This document shows, piece by piece, positions 21,464 through 30,928 of a stretch of DNA of 64,000 bases. The notes beneath the pieces were generated by a model. The model saw nothing but the letters and a program-made list of their open reading frames with translations, searched no databases and was not told the origin of the DNA. The stretch is from Phormidesmis sp. GTDB taxonomy: Bacteria; Cyanobacteriota; Cyanobacteriia; Leptolyngbyales; Leptolyngbyaceae. The translations under genes and the position numbers were made by a program. The DNA is taken from NCBI GenBank assembly GCA_965248535.1, contig CBDFJR010000005.1:1824001-1888000 (forward strand), given 5' to 3'. Position 1 is the first letter of the stretch. Each line of letters starts with the position of its first letter.

Positions 21464-21715
21464 CGCTGATGACTTTTAGATAACCGCAACAGGAAGGAGC
21501 AATGACGCTCTATAATCGGGGGCTTGAGATGAGTTGAGCATAACGGTTAATCAGGGGTGTTCTCCTCACCTTCCGATCGCCTGCTAGGGTATTATTCCCT
21601 ACGTAATCGGATCTGCAACGGTAGACTTTTTTCCACCTGGTTAATGTTCTCTCAGTAGCACTCCGTATAGTTAGTCTGTTTTCTCACCCTTTGCAGTGAA
21701 CTGCGTCACACATTC

Positions 21716-23029
21716 ATGAAAGCCGTCGCCCCAGTGTTAGAAAGCCTAGAAAGCCTTGTTGGAGTTGACGGTGTTTGCGCCTGGGACGCTCTGACCGAGA
21801 CTCAGCGATCGCCGATTTTGCAAGCCACCTTGCCGAATAGTCCCGTCTCTCATCTGGTTTATCCCTCCACGCCAGAAGCGTTAGCGGCTGTGATCAGCTA
21901 CGCCGCTCAACACGGGCTGCGGGTGTTGCCCTGCGGCAAGGGCAGCAAACTGCACTGGGGCGGGCTGGTGGAGGGCGTGAGTTTGGTGGTCAGCACTGAG
22001 CGGCTTGATCGATTGGTGGATCACGCGATCGGAGACTTAACTGTGACGGCAGAGGCGGGCATCAAATTCTCTGATCTGCAAGAATTGTTGAGAAAGTCGG
22101 GGCAGTTTTTGGCGATCGATCCCCATTATCCCGACCAGGCGACGTTAGGCGGCATTCTCTCAACGGCAGATACCGGAGCGCTGCGGCATCGCTATAACAG
22201 CGTGCGCGACATGGTTTTAGGCCTTTCATTTGTCCGCAGTGACGGGCAACTCGTCAAAGCAGGCGGACGAGTCGTCAAGAATGTGGCCGGATATGACTTA
22301 ATGAAGCTGCTAACCGGAGCCTATGGCACTCTCGGCATCATTACGCAGGTAACATTACGGGTCTATCCGATTCCTCACGCGTCTCAGACGATCGTGCTCA
22401 GTGGGCACCCAGAAAACTTAGCTCAAGCCGCTCAAACGTTCTTAAATTCTGCGCTTACGCCAACGGCGATCGAAGCGCTGTCGGCTCAAACGATGTCTGA
22501 TTTAGAGCTAGGCAAGGAAAAAGGGCTGTTGATTCGGTTTCAAGCGATCGCTGAAAGTGTGACAGAGCAAGCAGCCCGATCGCTCGAAGTTGGGGCAGCC
22601 CTAGGGCTTTCATCACAACGCTATCCAGAAGCAGACGAGGCAGATCTGTGGCGACGATTGGGAGAAAGCATGGTCGGTCAAAAAAACTCGATCGTGTGCA
22701 AAATCGGAGTCAAGCCGTCAGAAGCGATCGCCCTGCTGACCCAAATTGAGCAACGGTCTCCAACGACCGGAGCCACGATTCACTTAGGGAGTGGGGTGGG
22801 TCAGTTGGTTCTAAACAGCGAAACTCGGACATTTATGATTCAGGAGCTACGATCGCTCTGCCAAGCCACGGGCGGCTATCTCTCAGTTTTGCAGGCTCCC
22901 ATTTCCTTTAAGCAACAAATTGATGTTTGGGGCTACGCTGGAAATGCGTTGGATCTGATGCAGAAAATCAAAACTCAGTTTGATCCAAAATCTCTATTGA
23001 GTCCTGGTCGCTTTGTCGGTGGAATCTAA
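21716..23029 (+). CDS. glcE: Glycolate dehydrogenase FAD-binding subunit GlcE
   Basis: FAD-binding PCMH fold: ATLGG, GGRVVKNVAGYDLMKL, terminal FDPKSLLSPGR; directly upstream of glcF. Confidence 0.8.
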   Translation: MKAVAPVLESLESLVGVDGVCAWDALTETQRSPILQATLPNSPVSHLVYPSTPEALAAVISYAAQHGLRVLPCGKGSKLHWGGLVEGVSLVVSTERLDRLVDHAIGDLTVTAEAGIKFSDLQELLRKSGQFLAIDPHYPDQATLGGILSTADTGALRHRYNSVRDMVLGLSFVRSDGQLVKAGGRVVKNVAGYDLMKLLTGAYGTLGIITQVTLRVYPIPHASQTIVLSGHPENLAQAAQTFLNSALTPTAIEALSAQTMSDLELGKEKGLLIRFQAIAESVTEQAARSLEVGAALGLSSQRYPEADEADLWRRLGESMVGQKNSIVCKIGVKPSEAIALLTQIEQRSPTTGATIHLGSGVGQLVLNSETRTFMIQELRSLCQATGGYLSVLQAPISFKQQIDVWGYAGNALDLMQKIKTQFDPKSLLSPGRFVGGI

Positions 23030-23032
23030 ATT

Positions 23033-24415
23033 ATGCAAACGTCAGAAAATCCGATCACGTCTGCCGAGTCGCCTGCAAAACAGTTTCTCGGATTTGATCC
23101 GAGCCATCCGCCTGACCCAACGCTGATCGATTCGTGCGTTCACTGCGGGTTTTGTTTGTCTACGTGCCCTAGCTATCGGGTGATTGGCAAAGAAACCGAC
23201 TCGCCTAGAGGTCGGATCTATCTGATGGATGGGGTGAATGAGGGCGAGATTCCGCTCTCTCCGGCAACGGTGCAGCATTTTGATTCGTGTCTGGGCTGTT
23301 TGGCCTGTGTGACGACGTGCCCATCGGGGGTGCAGTATGACAAGCTGATCGCGGCCACTCGCCCACAAATTGAGCGCAATCACTCGCGCCCTCTGCCTGA
23401 AAAGCTGCTCAGACAACTCATTTTCTCGGTGTTTCCCTACCCCGATCGGATGCGCCTATTGCTGCGCCCGCTAGGGCTTTATCAAAAATCGGGCTTGCAA
23501 AAACTGGTACGATCGCTAGGCTTTCTCAAACAAGTTTCCCCCCAAATCGCCGCGATGGAGTCGGTGCTGCCCCAGATTCCGGCTGGCGCATTTCGAGACA
23601 CAATTCCCGCTCTAATTCCAGCCCAGGGACAAAAACGCTACCGAGTCGGCATGATTTTGGGCTGCGTGCAGCGATTGTTTAACCCAGCCGTGAATGATGC
23701 GACGGTGCGCGTGTTGACCGCAAACGGCTGCGAGATTGTGGTGCCTCAACGTCAGGGCTGCTGCGGTGCATTGTCTCATCACCAAGGGCAAGAAGACCAG
23801 ACTAAAACCTTTGCCCGTCAGATGATTGATGCCTTTGCAGAGAGTGAAGTGGATGCGATTTTGATCAATGCGTCGGGCTGTGGTCACACCCTCAAAGAAT
23901 ACGCGCACATTTTGCAAGATGACCCGCACTATTGCGAAAAAGCTAAGGAATTTGTTAGCAAGGTCAAAGATGTACAGGAATTCTTAGCGACCGTTGGGCT
24001 GACCGCACCCCTTTCGCCTCTGCAAGATCAGCCCTTGGTGATGGTCTATCAAGATGCCTGTCATATGCTGCATGGGCAGAAGATTAGCATCCAACCGCGC
24101 CAACTGTTAAAGCAGATCCCGGGGGTGCAGTTGCGAGAACCGATCGACGCGGCTCTTTGCTGCGGAAGCGCTGGAGTCTACAACATTCTGCACCCTCATG
24201 TTGCCGAAGAATTGGGTCGGCAAAAGGTTGAGAATCTGACCAACACCGGGGCGCAACTGATTGCCTCGGCTAATATTGGCTGTTTTGTGCAGATTTCTAA
24301 ACATTTGCAGCTTCAGGGAAAATCTGTTCCGGTGCTGCACCCAATGCAGCTATTGGATTATTCGATTCAAGGAACCAAGCTGCAAGCAGCCTTAGATCAG
24401 GGGCTGACTAACTGA
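23033..24415 (+). CDS. glcF: Glycolate dehydrogenase Fe-S subunit GlcF
   Basis: CVHCGFCLSTCP and CLGCLACVTTCP ferredoxin motifs; two CCG domains. Confidence 0.88.
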   Translation: MQTSENPITSAESPAKQFLGFDPSHPPDPTLIDSCVHCGFCLSTCPSYRVIGKETDSPRGRIYLMDGVNEGEIPLSPATVQHFDSCLGCLACVTTCPSGVQYDKLIAATRPQIERNHSRPLPEKLLRQLIFSVFPYPDRMRLLLRPLGLYQKSGLQKLVRSLGFLKQVSPQIAAMESVLPQIPAGAFRDTIPALIPAQGQKRYRVGMILGCVQRLFNPAVNDATVRVLTANGCEIVVPQRQGCCGALSHHQGQEDQTKTFARQMIDAFAESEVDAILINASGCGHTLKEYAHILQDDPHYCEKAKEFVSKVKDVQEFLATVGLTAPLSPLQDQPLVMVYQDACHMLHGQKISIQPRQLLKQIPGVQLREPIDAALCCGSAGVYNILHPHVAEELGRQKVENLTNTGAQLIASANIGCFVQISKHLQLQGKSVPVLHPMQLLDYSIQGTKLQAALDQGLTN

Positions 24416-24452
24416 TTGTTCTCGATCGAAATCTCTTACCAACGACTGCGCT

Positions 24453-25502
24453 ATGAACTCTTATTTTCGCCCTAGCGTTGATGCGATCGTGGGCTATGTT
24501 CCCGGTGAGCAACCCAAGCCTGGCACCTCTGTGATCAAGCTCAACACTAATGAGAATCCTTACCCTCCATCTCCGGCGGCGATCGCGGCGTTGCAAAATT
24601 TCGATAGCGAATGTCTGCGGCGCTATCCCGACCCGTTTGCGAATGCGTTTCGTCAAGCCGTCAGTGATGTGTTAGCCGTTCCGGTTGATTGGCTGATTGT
24701 GGGCAATGGCAGCGACGACCTGCTGAATGTAATCATTCGCGCCTGTGCAGATTTGGGGCGCAGGGTGGTTTACCCAATCCCAACTTATGTGCTCTATCAA
24801 ACGCTAGCCGAAGTGCAGGTTGCCGAAGTCGTCGAAGTGCCCTATGGAGAAGACTATCAGCTTCCGATCGAGCAACTCATTGCCGCAAAAGGTGCCGTGA
24901 CGCTGATTGCTACGCCTAACAGTCCATCGGGTCACTGTGTCTCGATCGCCGATCTCCGACGATTAGCGATCGGGTTATCGGGCGTTCTCGTGATCGATGA
25001 AGCCTATGTTGACTTTGCTGATCAGACTGCGTTATCGCTGGTGAAAGAATTTGATCATGTGATTGTCACGCGCACATTGTCAAAAGGATATTCTCTAGCA
25101 GGGTTAAGACTTGGATTTGGCATTGCAAACCCGGCTCTCTTGAGGGGATTTTTTAAGGTCAAAGATAGCTATAACATTGACGCGATCGCCTGCACGATCG
25201 GGGTGGCGGCGATGCGCGATCAATCCTATAAAAATAGCTGTGCAGAGCGGGTCAAGCGATCGCGCTCAACATTGTTTTCTGATCTCAAAAATCTAGGCTT
25301 TCACCTATGGGATTCTCAAGCTAACTTCTTGCTCACTCAACCGCCCGCCAGAAATGCAGAACAGCTTTACCTCGCTCTCAAAGAACAGGGCATTCTAGTG
25401 CGCTACTTCAATCGCGAGGGTCTGTCAGACAAACTGCGAATCACGATCGGCACTGATGAACAAAATCAGCGGCTTGCTGACATCTTGGCGCGTCTTGTCT
25501 AA
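24453..25502 (+). CDS. hisC: Histidinol-phosphate aminotransferase
   Basis: KLNTNENPYPP, GNGSDD, IDEAY, RTLSKGYSLAGLRLG (PLP lysine). Confidence 0.92.
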   Translation: MNSYFRPSVDAIVGYVPGEQPKPGTSVIKLNTNENPYPPSPAAIAALQNFDSECLRRYPDPFANAFRQAVSDVLAVPVDWLIVGNGSDDLLNVIIRACADLGRRVVYPIPTYVLYQTLAEVQVAEVVEVPYGEDYQLPIEQLIAAKGAVTLIATPNSPSGHCVSIADLRRLAIGLSGVLVIDEAYVDFADQTALSLVKEFDHVIVTRTLSKGYSLAGLRLGFGIANPALLRGFFKVKDSYNIDAIACTIGVAAMRDQSYKNSCAERVKRSRSTLFSDLKNLGFHLWDSQANFLLTQPPARNAEQLYLALKEQGILVRYFNREGLSDKLRITIGTDEQNQRLADILARLV

Positions 25503-25559
25503 AAAGATCTATCTAGAAAGAATTGACTGCCCACGACCCCAAAGAATCGTGAGACAGAC

Positions 25560-25817
25560 CTAAACCTGCTCGCAGAGGGAATCGTTAGCATTCACAGATT
25601 CGCCTGGGTTTTTGGCGTGCAACTCTACTAGAGCATCTCGCTGAAACCGCAGCACGCGAGAAATCGAGTTTCGAGAACTCTCAGAGGTAAAAACGGAGAG
25701 CGTGATGTTACTGAGATCGGGGTCTATGATCCGCTTCACTGTACAGATTTGCATTTTGTTATTGCAGTAAGCAATGATGCGATCGCCAGACTGAATATCG
25801 ACTGCTTGAATCTTCAA
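25560..25817 (-). CDS. Small hypothetical beta-rich protein
   Basis: 85-aa ORF with TTG start and a GAAGG-like RBS upstream; MKIQAVDIQSGDRII resembles the start of small SH3/KOW-like folds. Confidence 0.55.
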   Translation of the reverse strand: MKIQAVDIQSGDRIIAYCNNKMQICTVKRIIDPDLSNITLSVFTSESSRNSISRVLRFQRDALVELHAKNPGESVNANDSLCEQV

Positions 25818-26303
25818 TAGAAACTCAACCTTCGTAGTGATTTGACCCAGGCAGTTGCCTTGAGAGCTTCTGCTGGAGGTTTATGTAACGAGCGTGTTGC
25901 TCGGTCTGAACGTCATCAGTGGGTGACTGATTTTTAGACGCTCACAAAACTGATACTGAGTAGTGCACGGGTTTAAGTAACATATTCTTTACTATACATC
26001 AAAAAAGCCGAAATTCTATCAAACTAAATATCTCATTGTCAAGACACCTTCTACTGAAAGTTGCTCTAAACAGGGCAAGCCACCAAACTGAGACCTCGAT
26101 CAGGCTGAATACTGATCGCATCTCAGGTGGGCATCTCTTAGGAGCTAACTCACCAGTTAGAATTAAGTCCGATCGTCGAATTAAAAAGGTTTGCGGATGG
26201 GTGAGATGTTTACAGCACTTCCAGCCAATTGGTTAGAGTGGGTGATTGTGGTTGGCTATTTGTCGTTTATGTTTTTTGTGATATGGCGCGTGTTGGGAAG
26301 CAG

Positions 26304-26843
26304 ATGAAGCCCTTTGTAGCATTAGATTTTGAGACTGCTGATCAGGGGCGAGATAGCGCCTGCTCGATCGGGCTAATTCGGGTCGAAAATAATCAGATTG
26401 TGCAGCGAGTTCATGCGCTGATTCGTCCGCCCCGCCAAGCGTTTAAGTTTACGCATATTCACGGCATTCACTGGCGCGATGTCGCCGATCAGCCCACCTT
26501 TGGCGAGGTTTGGGAGACGCTGACTCCTTTGATACAAGGGGTTGATTTTATTGCGGCTCACAACGCTAGCTTCGATCGAGGCGTGCTTTATGCCTGCTGT
26601 GATGCTTACAGCCTTGTTTACCCGGCGCAACCTTTTATCTGCACCGTGCAGCTTGCTCGCAAAACCTGGCAGATTTATCCGACTAAGTTGCCCGATGTTT
26701 GTCAGCGTCTCGATATTGATCTGGTGCACCATCACGCGCTCTCAGATGCCGAAGCCTGTGCTCGAATTGTCATTGCCGCGAATTTAGCGTTGGGCGTTGC
26801 GCCTGCTGATCTCAAAGGCTCTAAACACACCCGCAAGTCTTGA
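26304..26843 (+). CDS. DEDDh 3'-5' exonuclease (DnaQ-like)
   Basis: ALDFETA (Exo I), AHNASFD (Exo II), HHALSDA (Exo III). Confidence 0.9.
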   Translation: MKPFVALDFETADQGRDSACSIGLIRVENNQIVQRVHALIRPPRQAFKFTHIHGIHWRDVADQPTFGEVWETLTPLIQGVDFIAAHNASFDRGVLYACCDAYSLVYPAQPFICTVQLARKTWQIYPTKLPDVCQRLDIDLVHHHALSDAEACARIVIAANLALGVAPADLKGSKHTRKS

Positions 26844-28048
26844 ATTACCTGTCTGATGTCCATAAGCGCCCATTGGTTTGACCAAGATTTTTCTGCTTGC
26901 TGACGTTGCTCAACTCGTTCGGTTAGCAATCCAAAGGTGTGAGGGTAGGACAACTCTTGCATTAACCAGCGTGATGAAATAGATAGTGTTCTAGCGATTG
27001 GCTCGACGTTGCTCAGTCGTGGCTGATAGCCATTTAGAATTTGTAGCCAAAGCGTTCTCAGTTGTTGTCGGGCTTGTAGACGAGTTACGATCGCCCCTGC
27101 CGATTCGACCAGAAAGGGCTGTGGCCCCATCGCTGCCCATTCATTGAGTTGATTGGCGAGACCGATTTGAGTGCGTCCGGTTTGCCGAGCCGAAGTCACC
27201 ACCCGCACGATCGGGCTATGCCGAAATCGAGCATTGACCCGCAGCAACGCCCGATAGAGGGCGACATCTTCGGGCGATCGCACCAACGGTAACCCGCCTG
27301 CCTGAGCGTAGATCTCTGCGGTCACCGCCAGACTGGCCCCATAGTGCTGATAGTGGCGCGGAAACGGATCGCAGGGGTCAGGGTCGAGATAGCTTTCTAA
27401 CTCAGCAATCAGCGATCGATAGCCCACTTCTCGCAGGTGACAGGCTCTAGCGTTTGGACTCAAACGAGCTAGTCCTAGAGGGTCGAGCAGAATGCGCCCG
27501 CCGATCGCGTCGGCTCCGTTGGCGATTTCGTGCAAGATCGCTGCAATCCAGGTGGGGCTGACCTGAGAGTCTCCATCGGTAGAGGCAATCACGCCACGTT
27601 TGTGTCCCAACCCACTGAGGCGGCGATAGGCTTCGTTCATCAACATTTGTCGAACTCGACCGATGTGCGCCTCTGCGATCGCCAGGGTTCTTTCAACAAT
27701 ATGCAGATTTAAACCGGGATGACGATCGGCAAACTGACGGGCGATCGCCACCGAACGATCGCTACAGTTGTTGGCGAGTAGAATGATCTCGTAGCAATCT
27801 AGATCCAAAGGTTTAGCGTTTAAATCTGTCTGGTGAGCTAATGCCGCTAGCGTTGCTTCTAGCGTTGCTGCCTCATTGCGAACTGGGACGATCACACAAA
27901 CCTCGCAGCTAGCCGCGATCGCGGTCTGAACGAGGGGCTGAGAGAAATCTTTAGATGCCAAAACCGCCAAGCTAGGGGCGGTCTGCGATCGGTTAATTTG
28001 CATCACAATTTTGGCTCTGTCTCCTAAAAAAGAGTGGGCTGGATTCAT
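26732..28048 (-). CDS. GT2 glycosyltransferase with helical C-terminal extension
   Basis: VIVPVRNE, ANNCSDRS, STDGDS (DxD), GASLAV, EDVAL, VVTSAR. Confidence 0.88.
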   Translation of the reverse strand: MNPAHSFLGDRAKIVMQINRSQTAPSLAVLASKDFSQPLVQTAIAASCEVCVIVPVRNEAATLEATLAALAHQTDLNAKPLDLDCYEIILLANNCSDRSVAIARQFADRHPGLNLHIVERTLAIAEAHIGRVRQMLMNEAYRRLSGLGHKRGVIASTDGDSQVSPTWIAAILHEIANGADAIGGRILLDPLGLARLSPNARACHLREVGYRSLIAELESYLDPDPCDPFPRHYQHYGASLAVTAEIYAQAGGLPLVRSPEDVALYRALLRVNARFRHSPIVRVVTSARQTGRTQIGLANQLNEWAAMGPQPFLVESAGAIVTRLQARQQLRTLWLQILNGYQPRLSNVEPIARTLSISSRWLMQELSYPHTFGLLTERVEQRQQAEKSWSNQWALMDIRQVIQDLRVCLEPLRSAGATPNAKFAAMTIRAQASASESA

Positions 28049-28317
28049 CAAACTTAAAGACTTTATAATTCTGGTTAGAAAAGCGAATCTGATAGAGTTC
28101 TTCGCGAATGCCAGCGCAAGCTCCCCTCTTATCTCCTGATGCTGAAAGACTTCAAACCCAGTCGTTGAGGTTCAAAGTTTCTCGATCGAGGATTTAGAAG
28201 ATAAAGCGCTGGACAACAAAGCGAAAGACCTGCTTGAATTAGCGTTAAAGATAATTGTGCAGAGTTTGAGTCGGGTTTGAGTCTGCCTTGTGAAGGATCA
28301 TTGACTTAACATAAGAG

Positions 28318-28920
28318 TTAGTTTAGCGACCCAGTTCGCTCAAACAAATCAAGCCGATATTGCTCTTCTCGCCGTCCTTCTAATGAGCGCAGATGAGTCG
28401 GTGACAACTCTAAAAATGCTTCGTGCACTTCATCACCACTTAGTGGATAGTCTTTGGCATAGAGCGTCCAGTGCACTAAAAGCAGATGTCCGCCAGGCTG
28501 CAAGCGATCGAGAATCGCCTGCTGCGATAGTCGCAAATCGTCCCAACTCCAGTAATAGCCGACTTCTGAGACAAGAATGAGATCAAAAGATTGCTCAGGA
28601 AACTGTTTGGGCACACGCATCAACTCAAATCGAACGTGAGGGAGTAGCTGACAGCGTTGAATAGCCCGCGCTTGCGCCAGTGCTGAAACCTCGATCGACA
28701 GCAGCGAGTCACAGCGATCGGCTAATTTCTCAGTTAAAACTCCGATCGAGCCGCCGATTTCTAACGCTGACTGATATCGGGGTTTGGGCAGAGCGGCGAT
28801 CGTGGCTGCATATTTCGCCGCTTCATAGTCGCTAGTTTCAAACTTCCAGGGGTCGGGGTCAGCGCGATAGAGGTCATCAAAATAGCTGGGCGGCAGAGAG
28901 TTAGGCTGAAGTGGATTCAT
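28318..28920 (-). CDS. NodS-like SAM-dependent methyltransferase
   Basis: YFDDLYRADPDPW, LEIGGSIG (motif I), FDLILVSEVGYY, PGGHLLLVHW. Confidence 0.85.
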   Translation of the reverse strand: MNPLQPNSLPPSYFDDLYRADPDPWKFETSDYEAAKYAATIAALPKPRYQSALEIGGSIGVLTEKLADRCDSLLSIEVSALAQARAIQRCQLLPHVRFELMRVPKQFPEQSFDLILVSEVGYYWSWDDLRLSQQAILDRLQPGGHLLLVHWTLYAKDYPLSGDEVHEAFLELSPTHLRSLEGRREEQYRLDLFERTGSLN

Positions 28921-29660
28921 TAAATTTCCTCAAAATAGATTTCCCAGGGGTGCATAAAATTTGCCAACATCTCAGGGGTTAATCGAAAGCCGTTAGGATC
29001 GTCATCAATCAAATCAGTAATCTGCGATCGATAGGCAGCGATCGCCCGCAGTTTGAGGGAGACAACCGCTTCAATATTCAATCGCCAACCCGTGATCTGG
29101 GCCGAGTTGGGCAACCCGCAACTCTGGGCCAAGTCCCAATCCCAAATGGGATATTCGATTAGGCGAGGGGCAACCCGCAGATGAGCGATCGCGCTGTGAA
29201 TTAGCTGCCACGTTGCCCGATGATCAGGATGCGGATCATGTCGCCAAGGCAGAAAGATCGTTTTAGGCGCGATCGCTTCGAGATAAGTCCCGCAGGCTGC
29301 TTGATGTTCCGCTGAGGTCACCAACGTCTCGACAGCCCCATCCGGCAAGCGCAAAAAGGTGACGGATGCCCTGTCAACGCCAAGAATGGTCAACGCATCC
29401 AGGGTTTCTTGCTGCCGTAGCTGCTGCAAAACCGGAGCCGGATATTTCAGCGATCGGGGATGAGACTGAGTGCCGTCACTGATCACCAACACCGACACCG
29501 GGCAGTGATCAGAGCGCAGAAGAGCGATCGCGCCTCCGCAGCCCAAGGTTTCGTCATCGGGGTGAGGCGCAACGATCAGCACGGATTCTTGAGACGTGAA
29601 TGAGCCAAACGGCAGCGCTAGGGGATTGTTTAATAACGCTGCTACCGATTCTCTAGTCAT
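28920..29660 (-). CDS. PIG-L/LmbE-family deacetylase
   Basis: APHPDDETLGCGG, SDG, HPDH, AYRSQ. Confidence 0.9.
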   Translation of the reverse strand: MTRESVAALLNNPLALPFGSFTSQESVLIVAPHPDDETLGCGGAIALLRSDHCPVSVLVISDGTQSHPRSLKYPAPVLQQLRQQETLDALTILGVDRASVTFLRLPDGAVETLVTSAEHQAACGTYLEAIAPKTIFLPWRHDPHPDHRATWQLIHSAIAHLRVAPRLIEYPIWDWDLAQSCGLPNSAQITGWRLNIEAVVSLKLRAIAAYRSQITDLIDDDPNGFRLTPEMLANFMHPWEIYFEEI

Positions 29661-30864
29661 GAGACCACAGAGTATTGGCGGACTTGGGCTGACTCAGCGC
29701 ATAGTGTCCTACATTGGCAAAAGCGGCATCAAAGGCAGGTTGCCGCAAATAGAGCGTCAAGTCACGAATGATGCGATCGATCGGGGTTGGGGGCAATAAA
29801 CCCCGCGTTCCGACCGATCGTTCACAGGCTTGAATCACCTCCATGCAAATCTGCTCAATCGCCGATCGCACCATATTGGCGTAGGCAACTAACTGCTCGG
29901 CTTGAGGATGGGGCACGATCGGCGATCCGGCAAAGATGGGGGCGTAGGCGGTGATAAACGCGGCGGCACCCCTGAGCCAGAGATTGCCGCTTTCGAGAGC
30001 GATCGCGACTTTCCCCAACCGCTCGGCTTGATAGGGGTCTTGAGTGCGCCCTAAACTCTGCAAAAATTTGCGAGTTTCATCAAACAGCGCTTCGGCTCCC
30101 CCTAGCTGCACCGCCGCAAATCGAACCACCCCCACCGATAGCCAAGGCTGACGATAATAATCATTGGGTTGACCGATCAGAGCGCTAGCCTCTAGCTCAA
30201 CGCCACTAAAATCGACTTTATAGCTGGCGGTGGCCCGCATTCCTGAAGGTTGCCACCAGGTTGGGTCACTCACCGTAGACACCTGATCCATCGGCACGAT
30301 ACACATTTGCCAGCGACCATCGGGCAATGCCCCATTCACAAACGGGCGATCGACATACCCGCACCCAGACGCAAAGGTTTTGCAGCCTTCTAGCCGATAT
30401 CGCCCATTTTCAAGCGGAGTGATCTTTAGTCCGTCGGCGGCTTCAGCGTTCCAGACTCCAAAGAGTTTGTGACGATCGCGGGCATCACTAGCATAAGCTT
30501 TGACCTGAGCCTGAGTTCCAAAAGTTTGCACGAGTTGCAGCGCGTTGACGTGTCCTTCAAAAATTCGCCCGACGGCCAGGTTTCCGCGCCCAAACTGCTT
30601 GAGAATTTGCAACAGATCAGGTGTGACATTAGACTCAATGCCTAACCCCCATCCGCCTAGCCGTCGATCGAGGGGTGCCGATAGCAAACCCGCTTCAGCA
30701 ATCTGCTCAAATTCTCGACTGGGAAAGGCTCCTAGCTGATCGAGTTTGGCCGCGTTTTCGAGGGCATAATCGGCAATTTTGGTCGATCGCGCTAGGAGTT
30801 CAGCCAGAGAGAGGGGGTGGTGATGAGTCTCCAATAAAAGTTGAGCGCTATTGACTACTTTCAC
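29653..30864 (-). CDS. Acyl-CoA dehydrogenase-like flavoprotein
   Basis: GRIFEGHVNAL, LEGCKTFASG, GMRATAS, RDLTLYLRQP. Confidence 0.82.
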   Translation of the reverse strand: MKVVNSAQLLLETHHHPLSLAELLARSTKIADYALENAAKLDQLGAFPSREFEQIAEAGLLSAPLDRRLGGWGLGIESNVTPDLLQILKQFGRGNLAVGRIFEGHVNALQLVQTFGTQAQVKAYASDARDRHKLFGVWNAEAADGLKITPLENGRYRLEGCKTFASGCGYVDRPFVNGALPDGRWQMCIVPMDQVSTVSDPTWWQPSGMRATASYKVDFSGVELEASALIGQPNDYYRQPWLSVGVVRFAAVQLGGAEALFDETRKFLQSLGRTQDPYQAERLGKVAIALESGNLWLRGAAAFITAYAPIFAGSPIVPHPQAEQLVAYANMVRSAIEQICMEVIQACERSVGTRGLLPPTPIDRIIRDLTLYLRQPAFDAAFANVGHYALSQPKSANTLWSHD

Positions 30865-30928
30865 TGCTATTACGATTAATTTAATTATTATGACGATAGT
30901 GAATTGAAGTGAGGATGAACACCTCTAT

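Noticed and set aside
21591..21599. GGGAATAAT on the minus strand, resembling a SigJ/SigF-type -10 box upstream of the kinase
   Set aside because: Single short imperfect match with no transcription-start data.
25820..26000. Possible riboswitch or NtcA site upstream of the 85-aa gene
   Set aside because: Only a short CGAGC/GCTCG hairpin; GTA-TAC spacing is 10 nt, not the 8 nt of NtcA sites.
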